A stretch of DNA of 64,000 bases from Eledone cirrhosa (GCA_964016885.1 OZ024757.1:26598001-26662000), one strand, 5' to 3'. Shown: positions 36,949 to 50,266, counted from the first letter of the stretch. Program-made: numbers and translations. Notes: a model not told the origin generated them from the sequence alone.

Positions 36949-38144
36949 CTGAAATATGGGGAAATAAAGGGAATGTTCAAATATAAAGTATTTCTTTTAT
37001 AGTGAGTGGATCTCATTAGATTTAATACTTTTTATTAATATTAACAGTAATATATATAGATATATACATACACACACACACACATATACACATATAGATA
37101 TTCATACATCGACTTGCCTATGTACAAAGCGAAACCTACAGTCAGTAGGCACCTCTTAACCAAATATACACCCAAATCCACTACCCCTACCCTATCCTCC
37201 CACTCCCACCAACACCACCCTCTCTCTCTAAAGTTGGTACCACAACATCCAGTCCAAATAAATGAGATAATGAGATCGAGATCGTGTAGGTGTCACAACA
37301 AAAAAACACACAGTCCACGCTGTAATGTGGCCGTGTAGGAAACACAGTAAAAAGTTCCCAGTTCCACACTGTGTACATGTGGTTGGTGTTAGGAAGGGCA
37401 TCCAGCCGTAGAAAACATGCCAGATAGTCCTATATGAGCGAGACATGGTCACCCAACCAACCTTGCCTCAAGTGGGACAACTCCCATCTAACCCATGCTA
37501 GCGTGGAAGATAGATGTTAAACGATGATGATGATGACCGTAAAGTAGTTGTATAGGTGTCATGACACAAAATGCCTAGTACACACTGTAAATGTTGTCGT
37601 GTAGGTGACATGCTGTAAAGCGCCAAGTCCATACTGTAAAGTGGTTGCGTAGGTGACATGATGTAGACCACCCAGCACACATTGTAAAGTGGTTGTATAG
37701 GTGTCGTGACAAAAGGTGCCCCGTACACACTGTAAATATGGTTGGCATTAGGAAGGGCATGCAGCTATAGAAACCAAACTAAAATCAGTTCTGTATAAGC
37801 AAGACATGGTCATTTGACCTAGCATTGCCCACAACAGGACAACTTGTCTAACCCATGCTAGTGTGGAAAAATGGACGTTAAATGACGATGATATATATAT
37901 ACACACATGTACATCATCATCATTTAATGTCCATTTTTCATGCTAGCATAGGTTAGACAGGCTGTCCCGTTGTGAAAGATCCAGGTCGGAGGACCTTGTT
38001 TTTGAACCTAGAATGTAACCACGTGTCAAAAAGCCTGTTGTCCGACACTCTACCAATTCTGCCATTCCACCAACTATAATAATAATAACAACTGAAGAAC
38101 TGAAGTGATGTATGTGACACTGATAAATAATTCTTATGTCATAC

Positions 38145-38220
38145 CTGTTTCTCCTTCAGCCATTAGTTGCTTCATCCTGGTAAAAGCTTGTCTCACCTGA
38201 GATTCACAGCCGGAGAAATC
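38145..38220 (-). CDS. DPP7: DPP7 exon
   Basis: cccacag|GAT...ACA G|gtatga, 76 nt, phase 0/1. DFSGCESQVRQAFTRMKQLMAEGET. Confidence 0.88.
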
Positions 38221-38983
38221 CTGTGGGAAATTATAAAATAAAATTTGTCAATTAAAAGATGAAAATATTTCAATGATTTTCCTCATTTCTGGTCTTATAA
38301 TAATTGTTTCTACGTTAGGCACAAGGCCAGCAACTATCTCAGTGTATTACTGGTGCTTTATTTTATCGACCCCGTAAGGATGAAAGGCAAAGTTAACTTC
38401 GGCGGGATTTGAACTCAGAACATAAAGGGATATAACTCTATATATACTATTGTATATAAAGGGACGTAACTCTTTGCTGCAAAGCATGGCGTCCAACCCT
38501 CTATCGATACTGCAATGATTTCTATTATAGGTACAAGGCCAGAAATTTGGGGGGGGAGGGGAAAGTCGATTAAATCGACCTCAGTGCATGACTGATACTT
38601 TATTTATCGACTACAGAAGGATGAAAGGCAAAGCTAACCTCGGCGGTATTTGAACTCAGAACATAAAGGGATATAACTCTATATATACTATTGTATTTTC
38701 ACAGAAAAGGCTTTATTTCACATAATATTGAATCTATGCGAATTTGATATTTATTTTGAGAACAATACCTTAACATCAGTATGAGCAGCCAGCTATGACC
38801 GGTAAGAACAGAAAGAGGTGAGAGAATTCTGGCCAGATACAGCCAGTTTAAATGCTAAAGGGTTAATGTACTTTGCAAGAAACACTATTTTGGTTTTACG
38901 CAGTACAAAATGTAAAGAATTAAGGGGTTCATTTGTTCGGGGTGTTTTTTTTTCTTACTTTTTTTTTAATAGACAGAAATTAC

Positions 38984-39119
38984 CTTGGAAACATCGGTGA
39001 AGAAAAAACTGTGGTCAAATTTTGGATTGAAGAGATAAATTGGTGCACTGGCAGCAATCCCGCCATCACAGACACCAGGATACTTCATACGGAGGTAGGC
39101 TGTTAACATTCCACCATAG
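38984..39119 (-). CDS. DPP7: DPP7 exon completing the catalytic Ser (GGSYGG)
   Basis: ttgtag|C TAT GGT...TCC AAG|gtaatt, 136 nt. (S)YGGMLTAYLRMKYPGVCDGGIAASAPIYLFNPKFDHSFFFTDVSK; the Ser codon AG|C is split by the intron. Confidence 0.95.
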
Positions 39120-39135
39120 CTACAATAGAGTATCT

Positions 39136-39210
<75 letters not shown>

Positions 39211-39340
39211 CCATGCTACCATGGAAAATGGACACAAAACTGATGATGAAATAAGTGTACATACATACATACAAGTACATGTATCATCATCATCATCATC
39301 ATTTTATGTATATATATATATATATATAGGAACCAGTAAG

Positions 39341-39434
39341 ACCCCGACAGCTGAGCTCAAGCCGTTTCGACGGCTAATTCTGGACTAAATGAACATTTAT
39401 CCTGGTATTTAAATAGCCGATCTTCTCAAGGGGT
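39341..39434 (-). ncRNA. Type I hammerhead ribozyme (U3-A8 core variant), probably from a Penelope-like element
   Basis: Minus strand reads ACCCC-UUGAGAA-GAUCGGCUA-(37 nt)-UAGCCGUC-GAAA-CGGCU-UGAGCUC-AGCUG-UC|GGGGU. All three stems pair by inspection, and the GUC triplet is correctly placed. Confidence 0.75.
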
Positions 39435-39824
39435 AATTCCATATATGGTCAAAGTGATTGTCAAAAATCAGTAGTAATTCTGTGGTTGCAAATTAGTAGG
39501 GGAGATGGTGGCTAAACCTGCCAGTAGGAGAAAGAGGGGAGGGGGTGGAGTAGACCCAATCAAGCGTTGGTAGTGCCAGCTACAGCTGGGCATGAGGTCA
39601 AAGAAGATACAGGGGAGGGGGAGGAAGTCGGAACGGTAGGTAGAACAATGGGGGGTAGAAATATATAGGAAAGAAAAGAAAAAATACTGAGAGTGAAGAA
39701 AAGCAAATAAGTGTAAAGAAAAAAGTAAAGTAAATTAAATTCTACGACCTAGGTCTCAGGCTATTGTAAGGCTAGAATAAAATAAAGAAAGAAAGAAGTA
39801 CATATATATATAAAACTCACCTCC

Positions 39825-39926
<102 letters not shown>

Positions 39927-40291
39927 TATATATATAAAACTCACCTCCTACATATATATATATATATATATAATGTAGGAGGTGAGTTTTATTGTAGCAA
40001 CAATAAAGCAATGCAAGCATCGGATAAGTAGCACTCTACAGTTTGTAGGACTGGAGTATAAATAATATAAGATCAAAAGATGGTTAAAAGAGTTCCAAGT
40101 ATTTTATTATGTGCATTACAAAAACAAATGTCATCATATTTGCGTTCTCATCAGATAAAATAGGGAAACATGATATGAAGTTTAAAAAACACTTGTGAGC
40201 AGTGAAGTTTTAAATCAACTTCATGATGACATTTGTTTTTGTAATGCGCATAATAAAATACTTGGAACTCTTTTAACCATCTTTTGATCTT

Positions 40292-40377
<86 letters not shown>

Positions 40378-40554
40378 GTTTATATATGTATATATGCACA
40401 TGTGCAGCTGAAATGTGTATACCTAAAGCAGTTCCTCTATTAATGTTTCTACAGACAGGCCTTTCACTTGCAAATATCTGTCAAAAAAGCTTTTGATTAC
40501 ACCCACCCCACTACCTCCATTACTATCACAGCCACCAAACACCACCATCACTGT

Positions 40555-41900
40555 CTGTGGTGGTGGTATAGCAGAGGTGGTGGTGGTGGTGGTGGTTATA
40601 TAACAGAGGTGGTGGTGGTGGTGGTGGTTATATAACAGAGGTGGTGGTGGTATAGCAGAGGTGGTGGTGGTGGTAACGTAATATAAGAGAGATGGTGGTG
40701 ATGGTGGCAGTAATATAACAGTGGTAGTGGTGTTTGTGATATAACAGTGGTGGTGGATGTGGTGGTAGTGGTGGTAGTGATGGTGGTGATATACCAGAGG
40801 AGGTGGTGGTAGTGGTGGTGGTGGTGGTGATATACCAGAGGAGGTGGTGGTGGTGGTGGTATACCAGAGGAGGTGGTGGTAGTGGTGGTGGTGGTGGTGA
40901 TATACCAGAGGAGGTGGTGGTGGTGGTGGTGGTATACCAGAGGAGGTGGTGGTAGTGGTGGTGGTGATATACCAGAGGAGGTGGTGGTAGTGGTGGTGGT
41001 GGTGGTGATATACCAGAGGAGGTAGTGGTAGTGGTGGTGGTGGTGATATACCAGAGGAGGTGGTGGTAGTGGTGGTGGTGGTGGTGATATACCAGAGGAG
41101 GTAGTGGTAGTGGTGGTGGTGGTGATATACCAGAGGAGGTGGTGGTGGTGGTGGTGGTGATATACCAGAGGTGGTAGTGGTTGTGGTGATATACCAGTGG
41201 AGGTGGAGGTGGTGGTGGTGGTGGTGTAGGAGAGGTGGCAGTGATGGTTACCGTATCATTGTTAGTGTGAGACTATAACAATATAGACATTGTGTTGCCA
41301 TAACAACAGAGCAGGAACTCTGTGAGTGAAGTTTCATGGAACTGAGTGTTAATGGCAGAGTTTCCGGTGTTGTGTGAATAACTTACTGCCATCGAGTGGA
41401 GATAAGTAACGCATGCAGCAGCAGCAGCAGCATCATCATCAGCAGTATCAGTAGTAGCAGTATTGTTATGCTCATTGTCTTCATCATCATCATCATCATC
41501 ACCACCATTGTCATCACCAACATCACCAACATCATCATCATCATCATTGTCCTCATCATCATCACCACCAATACCACCATTGTCACCATCACCACCACCA
41601 CCACCATCATCATCATCAGTACTGCCATCATTATCATCAACACCACCACCACCACCATCATCATCATCAGTACTGCCATCATTATCATCAACACCACCAC
41701 CACCACCATCACCACCACCACCATCATCATCAGTACTGCCATCATTATCATCAACACCACCACCACCACCACCACCATCAGTACTGCCATCATTATCAAC
41801 ACCACCACCACCACCACCATCATCATCAGTACTGCCATCATTATCATCAACACCACCACCACCACCACCACCACCACCACCATCATTGCTACAATGTGAC
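40555..41900. repeat. (GGT)n and (CAT/CAC)n-based low-complexity minisatellites
   Basis: GGTGGTGATATACCAGAGGA units (40555-41225) and CACCACCATCATCAGTACTGC units (41470-41890); another CAC-rich array at 42470-42740. Confidence 0.9.
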
Positions 41901-43329
41901 CATCATTGTCACCATTGTCGTTTTTATTGCTTTCTTCATCATTATCATCATTGTTATCATCATCATCCCCCTCTCCGTCATCACTACCCACACCTCTTCA
42001 CTACCCACACCTCTACATCTAACATTAACCTCACCAACACAACAATGAAGCTTCTTTATTGACATACCCTGTGTCAATAAGTGGTGCCACAGGTTAAAGA
42101 CCACAGATAAATGAGTGTCTGCGTAGTAATAGATGAGGGTGAGCACATAGCAGGAAGATCTTCAAAGGAAGAACTCCCATCAAGCAAGTGTTTCAGTCCT
42201 TGATTCACTCCCCCTAACACTCTAAGGGAGCTGGGCCCACCACTGTTTCTTTCCAGGGACTATGTTGAAAAATAAACATCATTTGGTCATTCCATGAGAG
42301 TATCTTGGTCAGCACATGCACTTTTTGGCTGACCCTCCTAAACTGTGAAGCATCAGCTCCAGTATATAACTGGTACTTTATTCTATCGACTTCTGAAGGA
42401 TGAAAGACAAAGTTGCACAAGGCTAGAATATTTTGTTCAGGGCAGGGAGAGTTCATTCACTGTCCCCCGCCCCCCACCACCACCCACCACCACCACCACC
42501 ATACGATGACCAACACCACCACCACCCCACCATACAATGACCAACACCACCACCACCCCACCATACAATGACCAACACCACCACCACCCCACCATACAAT
42601 GACCAACACCACCACCACCCCACCATACAATGACCACCACCACCACCACCCCACCATACAATGACCAACACCACCACCCCACCACCATACAATGACCAAC
42701 ACCACCACCCCACCATACAATGACCAACACCACCACCACCACATTCAATAACACCTATCACTACCATCACCAGTAATGACTGTGCAATACATGTATTTCA
42801 CGGTCATTACTGTTCATCAGCACTTGCTTCTTTACATCCAGTGCAAACCTGACTCAGTATCGGTAGAGGGTTGGACGCCATGCTTTGCAGCAAAGAGTTA
42901 TGGCCCTTTATGGTTTGAGTTCAAATCCCGCCAAGGTTAACTTTGCCTTTCATCCTTACGAGGTCGATAAAATAAAGTACCAATGATGTACTGGGTAATT
43001 TGCTGGCCTTGTGCCAAAAGTAGAAACAATTAATTAGCTACAGCATTACCATGGGGAGGGGAAGACTGAACAGTAATATGGGAGAGAAACTAACAGGATT
43101 CAGAAGGAAAAAACAGAAACAGAACAAAAAAAAACAGAAATAGATGAAGCGAGAAAACAGAAATGGACAAAATGAGAAAACAGAAATAGAACCAAGAAAA
43201 ATAGAAATATATTATAGAAAAAAAACAGAGACAATACAGATAAAAAGAAAAAGTCAAAGAACCAAAGATTTATTGAGGAAACTGTTTCAGCAAGAAAACA
43301 GAAACTGTTATAAAGAATTATTTACTAAC

Positions 43330-43496
43330 CTGCCACCAAATGATATCACAGCAGATTTCTGGGCACGAAACTTCTTCTTCACAGCATTTATGAGATATGC
43401 AAAGTCTGCCAAAGCTTGTCGCATAGTAAGATAACCAATATTGGGTTGCTTGAAGCTGTCGACAGGTCCAAAGGGGAGAGACTTGCCATAATATCT
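43330..43496 (-). CDS. DPP7: DPP7/DPP-II (S28 peptidase) exon, first found in the window
   Basis: ttag|AGA...GGC AG|gttagt, 167 nt. RYYGKSLPFGPVDSFKQPNIGYLTMRQALADFAYLINAVKKKFRAQKSAVISFGG(S); S28 family RYYGxSxPF and QALADF motifs. Confidence 0.93.
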
Positions 43497-43655
43497 CTAA
43501 AAAATGTTTTAGGAAAGGAAAAACAGAAAAAGAAAATAGAATTCATTAGTTAATCAGCGAGATTGATGCTTGTGTTAACAATATAACTCTTTGTGAAATA
43601 ATTTATGAGTTAGATATTGGTTTAGTGAAGGCATGTAGTGTAGTGATTAGATTAA

Positions 43656-43856
43656 CCCTTTAGCATTTACATTACTCTATAATAGATTATTGTATTTTCA
43701 TGGTAAACACTTTATTTCACATAATTATCTCACATAATATTGAATATTAATAATTTTGAGAACAATACCTTAACATGAACGGCCAGACACAGCCAGTTTG
43801 AACAGAAAGAGGTGAGAGAATTCTGGCCGGATACAGCTGGTTTAAATGCTAAAGGG
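43656..43856. mobile_element. piggyBac-like MITE
   Basis: TTAA|CCCTTTAGCATTT ... AAATGCTAAAGGG|TTAA. Relatives at about 38690-38866, 53709-54241 (with a nested LINE piece) and 62808-63660. Confidence 0.85.
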
Positions 43857-45004
43857 TTAAAAGGGAATTTGAAGGGGAGGAGAAAGTCGATTAATTCAAC
43901 CCCAGTGTATTACTGGTGCTTTATTTAATCGACCTCCTAAGGATGAAAAGCAAAGCTAACCTTGGCAGGATTAGAACTCAGAACATAAAGGGCCATAACA
44001 ATATGTCACAAAATATGTTGTCTGATGCTCTACCAATACTGCCAATCCCCCACCCTAGGGTTAAAAATAATGATAATAATAATAATTATGGTTTCTACTT
44101 TAGGCACAAGGCCAGAAATTTGGGGGGGGAGGGGAAAGTTGATTAAATTGACCCCAGTGCATTACTGGTACTTTATTTTATCAACCCCGTAAGGATGATG
44201 GGCAAAGGTAACCTTGGTGGGATTTGAACTTAGAATTAAATGCAGCAAAGCCTTTTACCCCATGCCCTAATGATTCTGCCAACCTACCACCCTAATAATA
44301 ATTGTTTCTACTTTAGGCACAAGGCCAGCAATTACCCAGTGTATTACTGGTACTTTATTTTATCGACCCCGTAAGGATGAAAGGCAAAGTCAACCTCGGC
44401 GGGATTTGAACTCAGACTGTAAAGAGCCGTAACTATGCTGCAAACCATGGCATCCGACCCTCTACCGGTACTGCCAATCCAATGATTTCTAATTTAGAGA
44501 CAATACCATCAATACATGAGGAGGGGGAGTTGATTACATCAGCTCCAGTATATAACTGGTACTTTATTCTATTGATGTCAGAAGGATGAAAGGCAAAGTT
44601 GTACAAGTCTAGAAAATTTTGTTCAGGGCAGGGAGAGTTCATTCACTGCTACCACCACCACCACCACCCCCACCTCATACAATAACCCCTATCACTACCA
44701 CCGTATAATAACCCCTATCACTACCATCACCACAAAGCCACCATGCAATAACCCCTATCACTACCACCGTATAATAACCCCTATCACTACCACCGTATAA
44801 TAACCCCTATCACTACCATCACCACAAAGCCACCATGCAATGACCACTATCACCACCACCACCATAAAATGACCATCTTCACCACCACCACCATACAATG
44901 ACTATCACCACCACCACCACCACTACTATATATATATATATCTGTGTGTGTGTGTGTGTATGTATGTATGTGTGTATGTATGTGTGTGTGTGTGTGTATG
45001 TATG

Positions 45005-45132
<128 letters not shown>

Positions 45133-45982
45133 AGTTTGTACACGTACATACATATATGTATACAGACGTACAGTAGTATGTATATATATATACATACATG
45201 CACACATATATATGTACGTATGGATTCACCGAACATTTATTATAATGCTCAGTGTGTTTGTAAACAAACATCCCGTATTAAGCCGTAGTGTCTAGCAAGC
45301 ATCGTTGCTCGTTTGTTCAACACTGACAAAGGAACACTGTACTAGTTTCAAGTTTATTAGCTATCGTCAGCAACATATACCCTCCTACCAGATTGTTTAA
45401 CGTATATACTTACCTTATGCATATTAACGGCTGAGTAGCCCAATTTGCATATCAAGTGGGTTAATCGGCCGGGTGCACCGAAAACGATAAACGGAAAAAA
45501 TGAAACGAAATTTCATTCCCCACTCTTAGTACGGCTGTTACTTAAATATAAGTATGTACATGTACATACATATATGTATACAGACGTACAGTAGTATGTA
45601 TATATATATACATACATGCAGACATATATATATATACGTATGGATTCACCGAACATTTATTATAATGCTCGGTGTGTTTGTAAACAAACATCCCGTATTA
45701 AGCCGTATATATATGTATACACATATATATATATACACATATATATATATACACATATATATATATGTGTATATATATGTGTCTTTGATTAAATATAAAC
45801 CAACAATGTTTCATATAAGTGCTGTCCCTGAATAAGACTTCATAGTAAAAGGACTTTTTCTTCAGAAAAATACAATAAATGTTGTCAAACAGAAAACTAA
45901 TAAAACTGAAAACCTATTAAATAGAGAAAATATTTCCATGGTAACCATATTTTAATTACTAATATCTGTGTTTATCTATCTA

Positions 45983-46034
<52 letters not shown>

Positions 46035-46073
46035 TATACACATATTTACATATACATGTATTTAATATATATA

Positions 46074-46160
<87 letters not shown>

Positions 46161-47790
46161 CATATACAGATATTTACATATACATGTATTTAATATATAT
46201 ATGCACATATATATTTATCATCATCATCATGATATGTATATCTATGTGTATATATATATATGACATACTTATAATCATGGACATTAAACGATGATTACAT
46301 GTAATATATATATATATATATACACATATTTACATATACATATGTAACATATATACTGGCACAGAATTTATATATATATATATATATCAAAATATGTATG
46401 TATGTGTGTGTATATATATATATAGGCACATACATACATATATACATATATTCCATGCCAGCATAGAAATATAGACATAACAACAATGATGATGATGGTA
46501 ATATATATTTACAAATATACATATTTTTACATATATGTATATTACATACACAATATGTATATAATCATTTTTTCCTCCATTTCTTAGATATCTACTTCCT
46601 CTCTAATCTACTCCCACCCACTTCCCCGTTTTCTTATTTCTTTTTACTCTTGTCTGTCTTTGTTCTCCCAAACATCCCCCCTTCTCTTTTTTTTCAATCC
46701 TTGAATGAGGAAACTGTGTCTGAAATGTTAAGAGTCTCATTACAAACTACATCAACCGTTACTAACCAACTAATATAGCGTTCTTCTATTGTATTCTTCT
46801 CCTGTGTTGCTATACCTTGTCGACTTTTCTTGTGGAGAAGGCAAAAGGTGGACAGAAACATCTGTGGAAACTAAACCATGCATCTGCCATATACCAGATG
46901 AAGAAACAGACGTAAAATTATGATGATGATGATGATGCCAAGATGGCTGACTGAATACAAATGTGATTTTTCTTTAAAAGTCTTTTTCCCCCATTCCTTC
47001 CTCTTCTTACTATCTAGCTTTCTATTTCATCTTTTAATTCCCAATCTATCTCCTGATGAAGGATTAGTGTCTGAAATATAACGATTCGTTTCCTACTATA
47101 TCAAGCGTTAAACTAATATATTCTTCATTGTATTGTGTTGTTTCTGTTTATTTTTTTGCATTCAGATCAAAATCACTGGATATCAATCTAAACCCTTATC
47201 TTTATAATTAACTCCCAAAATTTTTTCTTTAATTATGGTCGAGTGGTACTGTTATGAGAATGGTTTGGCATGGCCAATGAACCTATCCCTCCTCATAGTG
47301 GTGCCACCTAGTTTCACACAGTAAACGTGGTTCTGCAATGAGAAGGTTCAGTGTGGCTAATAGGCCTGTTCCTTCTCATACCAGTGCCATCCAGTCCCAC
47401 ATTGTAAATGGCGTTGGTATTAGGAAGGGCATCCAGGTGTAAAAACTCTGGCCAAATTTAGTCCCATCAGAGCAAGGTATGGCATGGCTAATTCTGGCCA
47501 GACTTGTCTCTTGACACAGACGACCCATCTGACCCATGGGCATTAAGTGGTGATGATGGTGTTGCATCATATACATATTTAATTACATATTACATATGTT
47601 TCACTGTTGATCAGCTCGAGGAACGATCTATTAATGATTGAACCTAACTCTAGAATTGGAAGCTCTTCAGATATGTGTTAACATGTAGACTGAGGAGCTT
47701 CCGATTCCAGAGCCAGGTTCGATCATCCTCGAGCTGATCGACAGTGAAACATATGTAACATGCTTATGATGCAACACTAATTCTTTGTTC

Positions 47791-47848
<58 letters not shown>

Positions 47849-48061
47849 GACTGTATCTGGGCGATTACGCTGTCGAAATATTCGATAAATATTCCGTTGC
47901 GGCCGACGCGAAGGACTAGTTTCGGTTATTTGTTGGAGACTTCTTCATAGAAGCCTCATTCTTATAGCCTGGTCTATTCGATTTTTTATATAGTTAATTA
48001 TGCTAATTGGGAGAGGAAATGGTATATATTTTATCTTGTGATTCTATAGACATGTTTTATG

Positions 48062-48103
<42 letters not shown>

Positions 48104-48299
48104 TAAATAAGCGATATGTATCATAAGAGTAGAGAAGAGAGAAAATATTGTGATACAGTTTATTAGACACCAATAGCTGAAGTGAAGTGTGCTCAATGCT
48201 TAGGGTTCCTTTAAAGAAATATTTATCAAAGAAATGATGGTTTGGACCAACCTCCACTAACATCAATATAAACGATTCTTTTTTCTCTGATGATTCCAT

Positions 48300-49136
48300 G
48301 CAAATATCACAAGATAGGCGTGGATGAAAAGCTCATTAGGCTGGTGGTACATGAAGACATTCGCTACGTTTCATACATATGAGGAAAGGACAATTTCTGT
48401 CAAAGTCAATGCAAGAAAAGCAACTAAAGCACGCAAAGAAGCTGATCAACAAGTTGAAACACCCACTGGAGCCAGACATGCTGTGGCTTTTCTCCGACGA
48501 GAAAAACTTCTGCCAAGACCAGAAGATCAACTCCCAGAACAACAGGTGGCTCGCCCAGAGTCATGCAGACAAAGTTTCCAGCGACAACATTGGTTTTAGG
48601 TGTCGTCAGCAGTCAAGGAGACGTCATGCCACCTCACTTCTTCCCTGAGGGCCTCAAGCTGAACACCGATGGCTACATCCCCGTTCTGAGCGAGGTAGTA
48701 AAGCCCTGGATCAACCAGGTAGCTGCAAGTAGGCCGTACGTGTGGCAGCAAGACTCAGCGCCCTGCCATACCAGCCGAAAGACCCAAGCCTGGCTGTCAG
48801 AGAACTTCGTCGACCACACTTCACCTGACTGCAACCCCCTCGACTTCTTTGTGTGGGGCGCAGTGGAATGAGACACCAACAGATCTAGCTGCAATACGAA
48901 AGAGGATCAGAAGGCCAGGATCACAAGTGCCTTTAGGGGCCTAAGTCCTGTAGCCAGTTCTGAGGCCGCCTTGAGGCTGTCATCAAAGCCTGTGGCGGGT
49001 TTATCGAGTGAGATCGAAAGAACAAGTCATGAAGACAAACTGACCCAAGTTTGATAAATTTTATCTTAAAAAATAAAACTACTGTGTTATTTTTTCCTAG
49101 ACAGTAATCTTGCGAACAAATATCGTCCGCACCCTG
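48300..49136 (+). mobile_element. 5'-truncated Tc1/mariner (maT, DD37D-like) transposase pseudogene
   Basis: WLFSDEKNF...NSQNNRW, VLGVVS..GDVMPPHFF, WQQDSAPCHTS, SPDCNPLDFFVWG; frameshift and stop; right end ...CCGCACCCTG|TA. Confidence 0.9.
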
Positions 49137-49519
49137 TATATATATATTATATATATATATATATATATACATATAGATATATATACAAGGAATAATCTGT
49201 AAAGAGTGTAAGCACACATAGCTAGGTAGGTAACCAATTAAAGTTTAACTAGAAATTAAACATTTTAAAAGGTATCTATATTTGAAGTTCTAGTTAAACT
49301 TTAATTGGTTACCTACCTAGCTATGTGTGCTTACATTCTTTACAGATTATTCCCTGTGATTTTTCCATATGTTTATTTTATATATATATATGTCAATCTA
49401 TTTCTAGTTGATATGAAATGCTCGGATCTATACATTAGAATTTTGAACTTATTCTACAGTGGATATGGTACATGTCTCTCAGACATGACAACCCTTAATT
49501 TAATTTAATTTAATTTTGG

Positions 49520-49553
<34 letters not shown>

Positions 49554-49912
49554 ATATATACATATATACTTATATATATATTCATTTTCATTTCACGTCC
49601 ACTTTTTCCCTGCTTGCAAGGGTGGGACGGGAACTGATTCTGGCTTGATTTCTACAGTTGGATGCTCTTCCTAACACCGACCTCATTTACAGTGAGTGCT
49701 GGGTGCTTTTTTGCTGTGGCACCTCCACAACCACTTTGCAGTGGAATGATATGGACCCCTGTCCCTATCATCTCATTTCTACAGCTGAGTAAACTGGAGC
49801 AATGTGAAATAAAGTGTCTTGCTCAAGGAAACAACATATCACCCGGTCTGAGAATTGAGCTCACAACCTTTCAATTGTAAGGCCAATGCTCTAACCACTA
49901 AGCCATATGCCT

Positions 49913-50034
<122 letters not shown>

Positions 50035-50266
50035 ATAGTAATAAAATTGAAGACTAAAATCCAAAGAGGGCTCGATAAGGGAGATGTATATCAAATATAT
50101 AAAAACCGTAGAGCAAATATTTATTAAAATAACAGATTAAAGTTTAAGCAAAGAATCGCTGCTTTCACCCTTAACGGGATCTTCTGAAACTAACAGGTTA
50201 GTTTCAGAAGATCCCGTTAAGGGTGAAAGCAGCGATTCTTTGCTTAAACTTTAATCTGTTATTTTA

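Noticed and set aside
45406-45416. ATACTTACCT matches the U1 snRNA 5' end
   Set aside because: The following sequence does not continue as U1; better read as a minus-strand splice donor.
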